Assembly: GCA_963842525.1 (NCBI GenBank)
Contig: CAWJGT010000009.1
Location: 1,184,001-1,248,000 of the forward strand
Length of the DNA: 64,000 nt
Reading direction: 5' to 3'
DNA from: an uncultured Holophagales bacterium
Lineage (GTDB): Bacteria; Acidobacteriota; Thermoanaerobaculia; Multivoradales; UBA5704
Part shown: one piece after another, positions 54,996-64,000 of the stretch
Layout: each line of letters begins with the position of its first letter
How positions within the stretch are numbered: the stretch's first letter is position 1
The notes under the pieces: generated by a model
Databases searched by the model: none
What the model saw: the letters and a program-made list of their open reading frames with translations, nothing else
What the model was told of the DNA's origin: nothing
Position numbers and translations under genes: made by a program

Positions 54996-57323
54996 CTACC
55001 GATAGAGCAGCGCTGGCCGCCGGTTTCTACGCCAGGCAGCGTGATCGGCGGCGTCTGCCGCCAGGATCTCCTCGACCGTCTTCCCCGCTCGCAGGCGCTC
55101 GAACAGCCGCGGAGTGCCGACGAGGCGGGTGAGGGCATCGCCGCCGTCTCGCCAAGCGAAGCCGGGCTGGCGAGAGAGTGCTGCGAGGAGGGTGACCCCG
55201 AGCCGGTAGGGCTCGGCCGTCGCCGGATCGGCGACTCTCACGCCCAGGCCGCGGCATTCCTGGTCCGCATACTTGGGCTGCGGCGCAGCGGGCGAGGCCC
55301 TGGGGGTGAAGCGGGCGGGCTCGAGGTGGAAGCCCGGCGCGGCGGCCGTAAGGCTGGAGGGATCGAGCCAGGGAGCGCCGAGGAGCAGGAAGGGCGACTC
55401 CGTTCCCCGGCCCTCCGAAAGGTTGGTGGCCTCCAGGAGAGCCGTGCCGGGATAGGCCAGGGCGGATTCGGCGCTGCGCAGGTTGGGCGACGGCGGCACC
55501 CACGGCCGGCCGGTGTCGGCCCAGGTCATGCGCCGCGTCCAGCCGGTCATGGGCACGACCGTGAGGCGCGCCGGCCGCTCGAGGTGCGCATTGACGTAGG
55601 TGGCCATCTCGCCGAGCGTCAGACCGTGCACGAGCGGTCCCGGGGCGAGGTTGAGGAAGCTCGCCGGGACGACGTCCCGCGGCGCGCTCACCGGGCCTTC
55701 GATCCGCTCTCCACCCAGAGGATTGGGGCGATCGAGCACCACGAAATCGATCCCCGCATCCGCCGCCGCTTCGAGGGCGAGGATGAGCGTGCTGGCGTAG
55801 GTGTAGAAGCGTACTCCGGCGTCCTGGAGGTCGAAGACCAGCGCGTCGATCCCCGCGAGGTCGGCGGGCTGTGGCCGGCGCCGCTCGCCGTAGAGGCTCA
55901 CGACCGGCAGACCGCTCACCGGATCGAGGCCGCTCTCGACGCCCTCGCCCGCAGCGGCTTGGCCTCGCAGCCCGTGCTCGGGGGCGAAGAGCCGAACCAC
56001 GTTCAGCCCGCGCGCTCGGAGCGCCTCGACGGCGTGGCGGCCGTCCGTTGTCACCGATGCCGGATGGACGATCAGGCCCACCCGTTTCCCGTCGAGAGCC
56101 GTGATCTCGCCGCCGGCGATCCGTTCCAAGCCCACCCGCACCCGCGACCCTCCAAGCGCCCGGACCACGGCATCGGCCACCGCCGGTCGTACCTCGCGGA
56201 TGAGGTTGTTCTCCCGCGTGGGATGGACGCGGTTGGTCAGCAGGATGACGTAGAGCTGCCGCTCCGGATCGATCCAGAGCGAGGTGCCGGTGAAGCCGGT
56301 GTGCCCGAACGAACGGGGACCGAACAGCGTGCCGGCGGAGGAGCCCTCCGCGGACTTCGCGTCCCAGCCCAGGGCGCGATCCGAGCCGGGGATTCCGGCC
56401 CGGCGGGTGAACAGCTCGGCGGTCTCGCGGGAGACGATGCGATGGTGGTCCAAGACGCCGCCGTTCAGGATCATCCGGGCGAAGCGGGACAGGTCTCCGG
56501 CGGTGCCGAAGAGCCCGGCGTGGGGAGCGACGCCGCCGAGTGCGAAGGCGTTCTCGTCGTGCACCTCCCCCTGGACGACACGGCGGCGCCATGGATCGTC
56601 TTCAGTGGGAGCGATCCGCGGCCACAGGGCGGCCGGCGGCCGGAAGAGGGTGTGGCGCATCCGCAGCGGCTCGAACACCCTCTCGCGTACGAACGCGTCC
56701 AGAGGCTGGCCCGTGGCCCGTTCCAGGATCTCGCCGAGGAGGATCATGCCCAGGTCGCTGTAGATGGAGCGGCTGCCCGGCGGGTATTCGAGGTCCATGG
56801 CCTGGATGCGTTCGAGATAGGCTGCCTTGCCCCGTATCTCCTTGTAGAGCTGTGCCGTCGCAGGAAGGCCGGCCGAGTGGGTGAGCAGATGGCGCACCGT
56901 CACCAGCTCTTTCCCCGGCCCGCGAAATCCCGGCAGAAGCTCCTGCACCGGCTGGTCGAGGCGGAGCCAGCCCTCGTCGACGAGGATCATGGCCATGGTC
57001 GTGGTGGCCACCACCTTGGTGAGGCTGGCGAGGTCGTAGAGCGTCTCGGCGGTCACCCGAGGGGCATCCGGGCCGTAGGAGAGGCGGCCGAAGGGGTGCA
57101 GGTGGATCAGGGCTCCCTGATGTCCGACCGCCAGGACGCCGCCCGGGAAGGCGCCTCGCTCCACATAGCCGTCGAGGAGGCGGTCCACCTCCTCCAGGTC
57201 TCGCGAGACCGGGAACGGCGGAGTGACGGGAGATAGGAACCGGCAGCTCGCCGCGAGAAGTGCAGCGAGGGCGAAGCCGGCGAGGAATCGACCCCGCCTG
57301 GGGATTGCCGGGAATGGACGCAC
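54996..57323 (-). CDS. Serine hydrolase (beta-lactamase family) fused to a DUF1343/NamZ exo-beta-N-acetylmuramidase domain; probable lipoprotein
   Basis: LAASC lipobox, ASLTK, YSD, GHTGFTG, then FAPEHG, DLQDAGVRFYTY, DRPNPLGG and PSPN. Start codon uncertain. Confidence 0.88.
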   Translation of the reverse strand: MRPFPAIPRRGRFLAGFALAALLAASCRFLSPVTPPFPVSRDLEEVDRLLDGYVERGAFPGGVLAVGHQGALIHLHPFGRLSYGPDAPRVTAETLYDLASLTKVVATTTMAMILVDEGWLRLDQPVQELLPGFRGPGKELVTVRHLLTHSAGLPATAQLYKEIRGKAAYLERIQAMDLEYPPGSRSIYSDLGMILLGEILERATGQPLDAFVRERVFEPLRMRHTLFRPPAALWPRIAPTEDDPWRRRVVQGEVHDENAFALGGVAPHAGLFGTAGDLSRFARMILNGGVLDHHRIVSRETAELFTRRAGIPGSDRALGWDAKSAEGSSAGTLFGPRSFGHTGFTGTSLWIDPERQLYVILLTNRVHPTRENNLIREVRPAVADAVVRALGGSRVRVGLERIAGGEITALDGKRVGLIVHPASVTTDGRHAVEALRARGLNVVRLFAPEHGLRGQAAAGEGVESGLDPVSGLPVVSLYGERRRPQPADLAGIDALVFDLQDAGVRFYTYASTLILALEAAADAGIDFVVLDRPNPLGGERIEGPVSAPRDVVPASFLNLAPGPLVHGLTLGEMATYVNAHLERPARLTVVPMTGWTRRMTWADTGRPWVPPSPNLRSAESALAYPGTALLEATNLSEGRGTESPFLLLGAPWLDPSSLTAAAPGFHLEPARFTPRASPAAPQPKYADQECRGLGVRVADPATAEPYRLGVTLLAALSRQPGFAWRDGGDALTRLVGTPRLFERLRAGKTVEEILAADAADHAAWRRNRRPALLYR

Positions 57324-57444
57324 GGATTGATAGCCTAGCGGTTGCTGCCGGGTATGAACAATCAGACCCGCCGCGGTGTCCATAGCGCCGGGACCAGCGC
57401 CCTCCGGTTTTCCGCCGGCGGCGCAGCCGGCCCCTCCGGTCGCC

Positions 57445-59253
57445 ATGACAGTTGCCAGTCGCAGGAGAATCCAGTACGAGGACTTCGCGCTGGAGATCCT
57501 CCCCCAGGATGGCGGGTACGGCGTCAGGGTGCGGGCGCCGTTCCATGGCCCAGAGAGCCCGTTCCAGCCGCCGTTCGATCCTTCAGAGACCGAGCGGATC
57601 ATGGCGGTCCTGGAGCGCACGGTCCGCGGCAGTGGCCTGGATCTCGGCCGTGATCTGAAGACCGCGGCGCCCGAGGAGGCCGCCCTGCCGTCCGCTTCGG
57701 ACGTTGGCGCGGCACTGTTCCAGTCGCTCTTTCCCGGCCCGGTTCTGGAGAGGTTTCTCCTGCGCCGCGGGCAAGCCGCGGCGCGCGAAGGCTGCGGTCT
57801 GCGCATCCGGCTCCTGCTCGATCCCTCGCGGCCGGAGCTCGCTGTGCTGTGCTCTCTGCCCTGGGAGCTGCTCTACCGCGACGGTTTTCTCAGCCGCGAC
57901 GTCCTGACGCCGGTCGTGCGCTGCCTGGATACCCGCAGCCCCTGGGCCGGCACCCCGGCGCCGGTGGGCGACCGCCTGCGCATCCTGGTGGCCATGGCCA
58001 GCCCGCCGGGCTACGCGCCGCTCGACCTGCCGCGCGAGCGGAGGAGGATCGAGGAGGCCTGGGGAGGGATCGATGGAATGGAGATCGCGTTCCTCGTGGG
58101 GGCCACCCTCGCCGGCCTGCGTCAGGAGCTGCGCGACTCTCCATTCGAGGTGCTCCACTTCATGGGCCACGGCGCGCTCGACCACGAGTCCGGCGAAGGG
58201 CTGCTTCTGTTCGAGGACCCGCAAGGCGGGGCGCACCTTGTGTCGGGCGCGATGCTCGCCGAGACCTGCCGCGGCCCTCGCGGACTGCGAATGGTGTTCT
58301 TGAACGCCTGCGACACCGGCAGGCTGCCGCGCCGCGGTGGGCAGGACCCCTTCACCGGCGCGGCCTCGGCTCTGGTGATGAGCGGTGCTCCGGCCGTGGT
58401 GGCGATGCAGTTCCCCATCTCGGACGCGGCGGCGGTCGCTTTCAGCGGCGCGGTCTACACGGCCCTGGCGGCCGGCGATCCCGTCGATGCCGCAGTGGCC
58501 GAAGGACGGTTGGCCGTCTATCAGTCGTCTCCCAGTTCTCTGGAGTGGGCGACGCCGGTGCTGTTTCTCAGCACGGCGGAAGGGGTGGTGCACGAGCTGG
58601 AGAGGGCGAGGGGGCAGCGATCGTGGCTCGCCGCGGCTCCTGCGGTCGCCGCCATGCTCGTTCTCCTCACCCTTGCCGTCGTGCTTTGGGTCGCGCACCA
58701 TCGCGCGGCGGTTCAGCGACAGGCCGCTTTTTCGCTGGGGGCTTCCCTCGCCATGTTGGGGCAATCGAGCGAGGCCGCAGGGAGGCCTATTTTTGAACGG
58801 GAGCTGGCGCGGCTTGATCTCGAGCCCAACGAAGAGAAAGTGTTGTTCGAGACCTATCAGAAGCTCGAAGAAAATCGCCAGGCAGAAAGGATCGGCTCCG
58901 CGGAGCTCGCGGAAGGTGTGGAGCAACTTCGGCGCGTCGTCGCGGTGCGGCTCCAGATGCTGGCCGGGGCCGGCGCAGTCCCCTACATGGTCCTCGGATA
59001 CAACGTCTCCCACCTTTATCTTGTGCTGGGCCACTGGGACCAGCTCGAAACGCAGTCGGCCGCTCGCGTGGCGGCGAACGATATCAAGGCGATTCTCACC
59101 ATCGCACCGCAGGTCCAGCTATCCGCCGAGATCCGGCAGGCGATGGAGGGATTGGGCTCGCGCGACCTCGAAAGACAGGAGGAGCGCGCCGCCGTCCTGC
59201 AGACCCTCGGGGAGATCCTGCGGTTTTTCCAGAGAGACAACCAGGGAGGCTGA
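57445..59253 (+). CDS. CHAT-domain (caspase-like) protein with a transmembrane helix
   Basis: LPWELL, LHFMGHG, VFLNAC, VVAMQFPISD and EWATPVLF, followed by a hydrophobic segment. Confidence 0.88.
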   Translation: MTVASRRRIQYEDFALEILPQDGGYGVRVRAPFHGPESPFQPPFDPSETERIMAVLERTVRGSGLDLGRDLKTAAPEEAALPSASDVGAALFQSLFPGPVLERFLLRRGQAAAREGCGLRIRLLLDPSRPELAVLCSLPWELLYRDGFLSRDVLTPVVRCLDTRSPWAGTPAPVGDRLRILVAMASPPGYAPLDLPRERRRIEEAWGGIDGMEIAFLVGATLAGLRQELRDSPFEVLHFMGHGALDHESGEGLLLFEDPQGGAHLVSGAMLAETCRGPRGLRMVFLNACDTGRLPRRGGQDPFTGAASALVMSGAPAVVAMQFPISDAAAVAFSGAVYTALAAGDPVDAAVAEGRLAVYQSSPSSLEWATPVLFLSTAEGVVHELERARGQRSWLAAAPAVAAMLVLLTLAVVLWVAHHRAAVQRQAAFSLGASLAMLGQSSEAAGRPIFERELARLDLEPNEEKVLFETYQKLEENRQAERIGSAELAEGVEQLRRVVAVRLQMLAGAGAVPYMVLGYNVSHLYLVLGHWDQLETQSAARVAANDIKAILTIAPQVQLSAEIRQAMEGLGSRDLERQEERAAVLQTLGEILRFFQRDNQGG

Positions 59254-59254
59254 G

Positions 59255-60290
59255 ATGGGCAAACCGGGTGCTACGGATTGGACAGGAGCCGCGACACATT
59301 CGCCGGAAGCTCAGCCGTGCCGAGGCTGTCCTTGACGAGCTCGCCCGCGGCGGCAGCACGGTGTCGGTGGAAGACCGTGGGAAGGCGGAAGACGTTCTGC
59401 TGGGTCTGCTCTGGACCGCAGGTCCCGCCGAAGGTGCACGGGCGCGGCAGGGCCTGCTGCGGCTTGCAGAGCACGGAACCCGGGAAGATCGCGTGCGGAT
59501 CGCGGCCGAGGCCGCCGCAGCCGGACCGCGTGGGAGTGCGCTCTTCGACGCCCTGCTGAGGCCCGAGGACAACGTGCTGAGCCCGGAGGAGAAGGCACTG
59601 GTGCGGGCCGCCTTGGACGAATCGCCGGAAAAGACTCTGCAGATCCTCGCGGGCTTCCTCGCCAAGTCCGCCGGTAAGGAGCCTTCGATCCCGAAGGCTC
59701 TCCGCGACCATGGCGAGCAGGCCGTCCTGCCTCGTAGAGGTCACACACCGGCACCGCAGGCGCGCACCCGTCCGGATGGCAACGGTGATGGCCGCCCGGA
59801 GGATCGCGTGGAGGACCTCATGGATCGCGATCACCCCCTGGGGGAGAGGACTGCCCTGGCCGTGCAGCTCGGGGCGGCAGCGCTGCCTTTCCTGCTGGCG
59901 CAGCTCCGCGCCGGCGACAGGGGTGAGGAAGCCGAGCTGTTCCTCCGCGTCCTGGGCCGGAATCCGCAGGTGCGGCGGACGCTCTATGCGGAGCTCCGCA
60001 AGATGGATGCGGGGGCGGATTCGGAGCTGCATGGACGAATCCAGCCGATCCTGCGCGACATCGAGCTGCACGCCCGCGGCCCCCGGGACGACGCTGATGG
60101 AGGGCACGTCCGGCCCCGGGACGGCGGGGGAGGAACCACTCTGTTGGAGAGGGCACTCGACCTCTGCGATGCGAGGGAGCTTGTTCTTCTTGCGACCGGC
60201 CGCGAAACCACGGCGGTCCGCCTGACCCTGGTCCGCCTCGGGGCGTTGCGAAAGGCCGCAGACCCGAAGGCTCCCGCGAGGAGGGAATGA
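59255..60290 (+). CDS. Hypothetical helical-repeat (HEAT-like) protein
   Basis: ORF 59268-60290 fills the operon gap. ATG at 59255 has a GGGAGG RBS and joins it via a +1 shift. Confidence 0.55.
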
Positions 60291-60291
60291 C

Positions 60292-63200
60292 ATGCCGAGC
60301 TGGCCCGTCTTCCAAGTCCGCATGCGTCCGGCCGACCCGGCGGAGAGGGATTTCCACCTTCTGGAGGAGCTGGCGAAGCCGCCGGCCTGCCTGACCGGGG
60401 GGAGCGTCTGGTGCTGGGTCTATCACGACCCCCTGGGCATCCGGGAGGTCGTGCTCAGCGGCCACACCGAGTCCGCCACCTGTCTGCAGGCGAGCAACAT
60501 CCTCATCGAGGCCCTCCGCCGGCTCGACGGCCCTGTGTCCTGGATGCTGACATGCGGCGCGGCCCACTTCCGGGTCGAAGCACTCTCAGCTACGGCGCAG
60601 GAGATCCTCGGCGTCGCCATGGCGAGTCTTCGAGAGCTGGCGGAAAACACCGGGCTCGTGACGGTCCTCGATCGCGACTGGAGTCTGCTCGCAGCGCTCC
60701 GAGACGACCTGCAGGCCCGGACCGGAGCCAAACCGCCAATGGTCGTCCTACCCATTCCGAAGGACGGTCGGGTTGCCGACTATGTCCCGCTGGTACCGGG
60801 GCGTGACCCTGGTGGGGAACCGCTGGAGTTTCGCCTGGAGGGATGGGACTTCGACTGCCCGGAGCTCCAGGCCGTGGCCAACATTCACCTGCGCAACATG
60901 CGCCGGGAGCTTCTCCGGGACGCCCTCCGGCGCCGCGGGATCTATCGTTCCTGGCTCAAAGAGTGGACCGAAATGTGGGTGCGGCGGCTCCACTGGCTCC
61001 CTGAGGAACAGGCTCAGGGCGTCACGATCAAGATCCCTCCGCCTGGCAACCGGCCCGGAGTCTCCGAGACGGAGGAAGCCATCGCGCGGTTTTTGCGGGC
61101 GTTGCCTGAGTTTCTGGACAAGGGGCAGACCTGGCCCGAACAGTTGGAGCACGAGAACAGCCAGGTTCCCTACGGGTTGTGGAGCGCCACTGATCTGGAC
61201 GAACGACACTGGCCGGAGACGATCCAGGTGGTGGACTACCAGAGGGGCATCAAGACCTCACGGCCTGCCAAGCCTACCGATCCGCCGTTCATCTGGCGCG
61301 AGCGCCTGCGCTATCAGGATTCCGGTTTCATTTCGCAATGCCTGCTTTTCATTCGCAAGATGGATGACCTTATCCGTCCCTACGAGGAACTGGAGACGCG
61401 GCTGGCGGGGTGCCAGGACCCGCAGGCAGTGGAACTGGAGCCTGGCATGGCCGTGGTCGCGGAGATCTCCCGGCGGATCGTGATCGAGACCATGATCCGC
61501 GGTTGGCCGTCGTTCTATCTCGACGACCCGCGGGACCGGGCGGTGTTCGAACGCCTGGGCCTGCAAGGTTCGTCCACGAGCCTGGTCGATCCTGGCTCGC
61601 CAAGCCCGGCGCCGCGGTGTGGCCCTGGAGCCGCTCCTGGAGGACAACGTGGTCTTCGACGTGCGTTTCGACTCCGACCTCGGCTGCACGATCCGGCCTC
61701 TGGTGCTGGTGGACGATGCGGCGCATGCCCAGGTCCACGGCAGCCGGATGGGCGCCAGCGTCTTCATTCCCCTGTGGACGCGCCGGACCTGCCGGCCGCT
61801 CGACGGCGAGGTCCTCGGCCTGGCCGCCGGCAACCGCGAGCGCGCGCAGCGGCTGGTGGAGATGGCGAGCCGTCGCGCCGGAGGACCGGACGCCTCGGCC
61901 GAGGCGGCGGCGGAGCTTCTGCGCAAGGCCCTGGCCTGCCATCCCGCGGAGGCCGGATACCGCATCCTGCGGGAGTGGTCGCGGCGGTTGGGCAGAGAGA
62001 CGGCGTCGGAATTCCAACGGGCGCGGGAGCTGGTGGAGGCTCAGGCGCTCTGCCGGCGCCTGCGCCATGGCGAGGCCCGGCCCCGCATCGCGGCTCACCT
62101 CGCCGCGGAGCCCGACCCGGTGCCCGATGCCCTGGTGATGGCAGCGCTCTGCGAGCTGGCAGGAGGTTGGGACCTGGCACAGCAGGTCGAGGAGCTGGAG
62201 GAGGCGGCCAAGAATCATGATGCGCTCATTCCCCGCTACAACGACCTCGTCGAGAAGGCACGTACGCTGCGGGCCGAGCTGCCTAGGGAGAACGCATTGG
62301 GCCCTCTACAGGGTTTCGTCTTCGGGTCGAGGCGCACCCTGGACTTGTTCTCGAGGCTTCAGGTTTTAGAGGGGCAGTTGCAGCAGGCCGGCGAGCAGTT
62401 GCACCGGGAGGAGGCCCGTTGCGACCGCCTTCAGAAGACGCTGGGACAGCGTCGCCAGACGGCCGAGACCGCCATCCGCGAGGCATTAGCGGATCCCGCC
62501 TCGATCTCCGCCGACCGGCCTGCCCTCGCCCGCGTTGCTCGTGAAGCCCCGGACGAGCTGGAAGCGGTGCTCGCCGGCGAAGGGCTCCTGCCCCTGCGGC
62601 AATCCGAAGCCTTCGATCGCCGCTACGACGGTGTCCGCAAGCTGGTTGATATCCGGGGAGCCCTGGAGATCTTGCAAGCCCTGGCTGAGGTGCGCTACCG
62701 GATCGACCATGATCCGCAATGCTTGGCCCTGAAGAAAGAGGCCCAGGAGCTGCTGCGGCTCTCCCGCGACGTCAGGCTGCCGCCCCGCCTCGAGGAAAAC
62801 CTGAAGGATCTGATCGCGGAGCTCGACCGTGGAGAAGGAGACCGCATCCTGCATCGCACTCTTCTGGCTGCCCTCGACGATGCCATGGGGGGCGCTGTGT
62901 CCGCGGTCCATGATCGAAGGAGCGACACCTCTCTCCCGGCGACGTCCTACGGCGAAGATCTGGAGATCCGCGTCCAGGTACTGCAATGCATCGACCTGCG
63001 GTACCGGCTGGCCCTTGAAGCCCTGCTCGGCGCCCGGGTGGCTCTGGCGCGCGTCGCCTCCCAACCCTGGACCGTGCTCGACTCCGGGCTGATAGAGCTG
63101 CCGGACGGAGCCGGCCTCGGTTTCGACGCCACGTCCGGCACGGTCTTCGTAGACTCGCCGGACAGTCGCACCCCGCTCCTGCGCATCGACGGCATCGCGC

Positions 63201-63571
63201 CCGAAGAGACGGACCACCTCGCCCTCTTCTTCACCGACCCGGCACTGCCTGCCCGGATCGACTTTCGCGCCCCCTCGCCCGCTGAGGGCCTGCTCCTGAC
63301 CGAGGTCGAGCCGGGTCTCCTCTGGCATGTCTGGCGAGACGCCTTGGCCCTGGTGCAGACCGAGCTTCTGTGCTCCCTGAGCTTCTTTTCGTACCGGGCA
63401 TGCCTGTACCCGGAGCTCTCGCCCTCCCTGACCGAGGCGGGCCGGCGCATGGAGGCGAGGATGGAGGAGGCCGTGCCGCGGGACGTGCCGGAGGTCGACT
63501 GGCAGTGGAGCAACCCAGGGCCGCGCTGGAGCCGCCTGCTCGGCCGCCGCGTTCGCAGGGTCCCCGGGTGA
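60292..63571 (+). CDS. Large hypothetical protein (~1090 aa) with a coiled-coil region, one frameshift near 61600
   Basis: ORF 60292 is protein-like until about 61600 and ORF 61619-63571 continues in the +1 frame. It starts 1 bp after the previous stop. Confidence 0.6.
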
Positions 63572-63589
63572 GCCCTACCCCGGCTTGAC

Positions 63590-63835
63590 AGGGACTCGTC
63601 AAAGTCGGGCGGAGGCGGAGTTTTCCCCGCCCCAAGACCCTCACCCCCTGGCCCCCTCTCCCACCCGCACTCCCATCCACCCGGGAGAGGGGGAACCCCC
63701 AACACTCTTTTTTCTCAAGACCTTGGGCGGTGGCGCCCCCTCTCCCGGGTGGGCGTGAGTGCGGGTGGGAGAGGGGGACGGGGGGTGAGGGTGGGCGGAG
63801 GGAGGCCCCCGCTACGACGACTTTGACGGAGCCCT
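63590..63835. mobile_element. MITE-like element containing the CCTCACCCC palindrome
   Basis: Imperfect terminal inverted repeats AGGGACTCGTCAAAGTCG / CGACTTTGACGGAGCCCT. Direct repeat GAGCCCTACCCCGGCTTGAC at 63570 and 63829. Inner palindrome at 63638-63791. Confidence 0.7.
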
Positions 63836-63998
63836 ACCCCGGCTTGACCCAGATCTTGACGCTGCCGGCGGGGGCGGCCGCCAGATAGGTTCCGGGCTGC
63901 ACCGAGGCGCCTGCCGCCACCAGGAGGTCGAGGGCATTGCCCTGGGATGTCCCCGGCTTGATGGGCACCAGCGTCTCCACTTTGATGCGCCGCCGGCG
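63834..63998 (-). CDS. 3' end of an unidentified gene entering from beyond the window
   Basis: Open frame ...RIKVETLVPIKPG...SVKIWVKPG-TAG with high-GC3 codons. Confidence 0.5.
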   Translation of the reverse strand, partial: RRRRIKVETLVPIKPGTSQGNALDLLVAAGASVQPGTYLAAAPAGSVKIWVKPG

Positions 63999-64000
63999 GC

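Noticed and set aside
54996-57323. Serine hydrolase-NamZ fusion as a novelty or beta-lactam resistance gene
   Set aside because: This fusion is a familiar architecture linked to peptidoglycan recycling, and nothing here indicates resistance.

Overview
High-GC bacterial window; gene style suggests Acidobacteriota/Thermoanaerobaculia, which is inference only. Bases 1-41.7 kb are the right-hand part of a large hybrid NRPS-PKS cluster that continues past the left edge. It holds a radical SAM enzyme, sulfotransferase, methyltransferase, carbamoyltransferase, a SelO-like kinase-fold orphan, three megasynthases and an amidinotransferase. The assembly line is unusual: two EHHxxHDG (ureido-type) C domains, an internal thioesterase followed by a second A-T-C-A-T-TE mini-line, an embedded aminotransferase, an A-less C-T module and two methyltransferase-interrupted A domains. 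A ~150-bp palindromic element sits in frame inside all three megasynthase genes, and a fourth copy lies in a MITE-like element near 63.7 kb. The remaining 22 kb holds two toxin-antitoxin pairs, rimO-ribF-trxA, peptidases, a probable UxxC selenoprotein, a CHAT-protease locus and two phased 20/21-bp arrays built on 6-bp palindromes. About 17 frameshifts, almost all +1, are probably sequencing errors, so genes are reported as reconstructed. No rRNA, tRNA or CRISPR array was seen.
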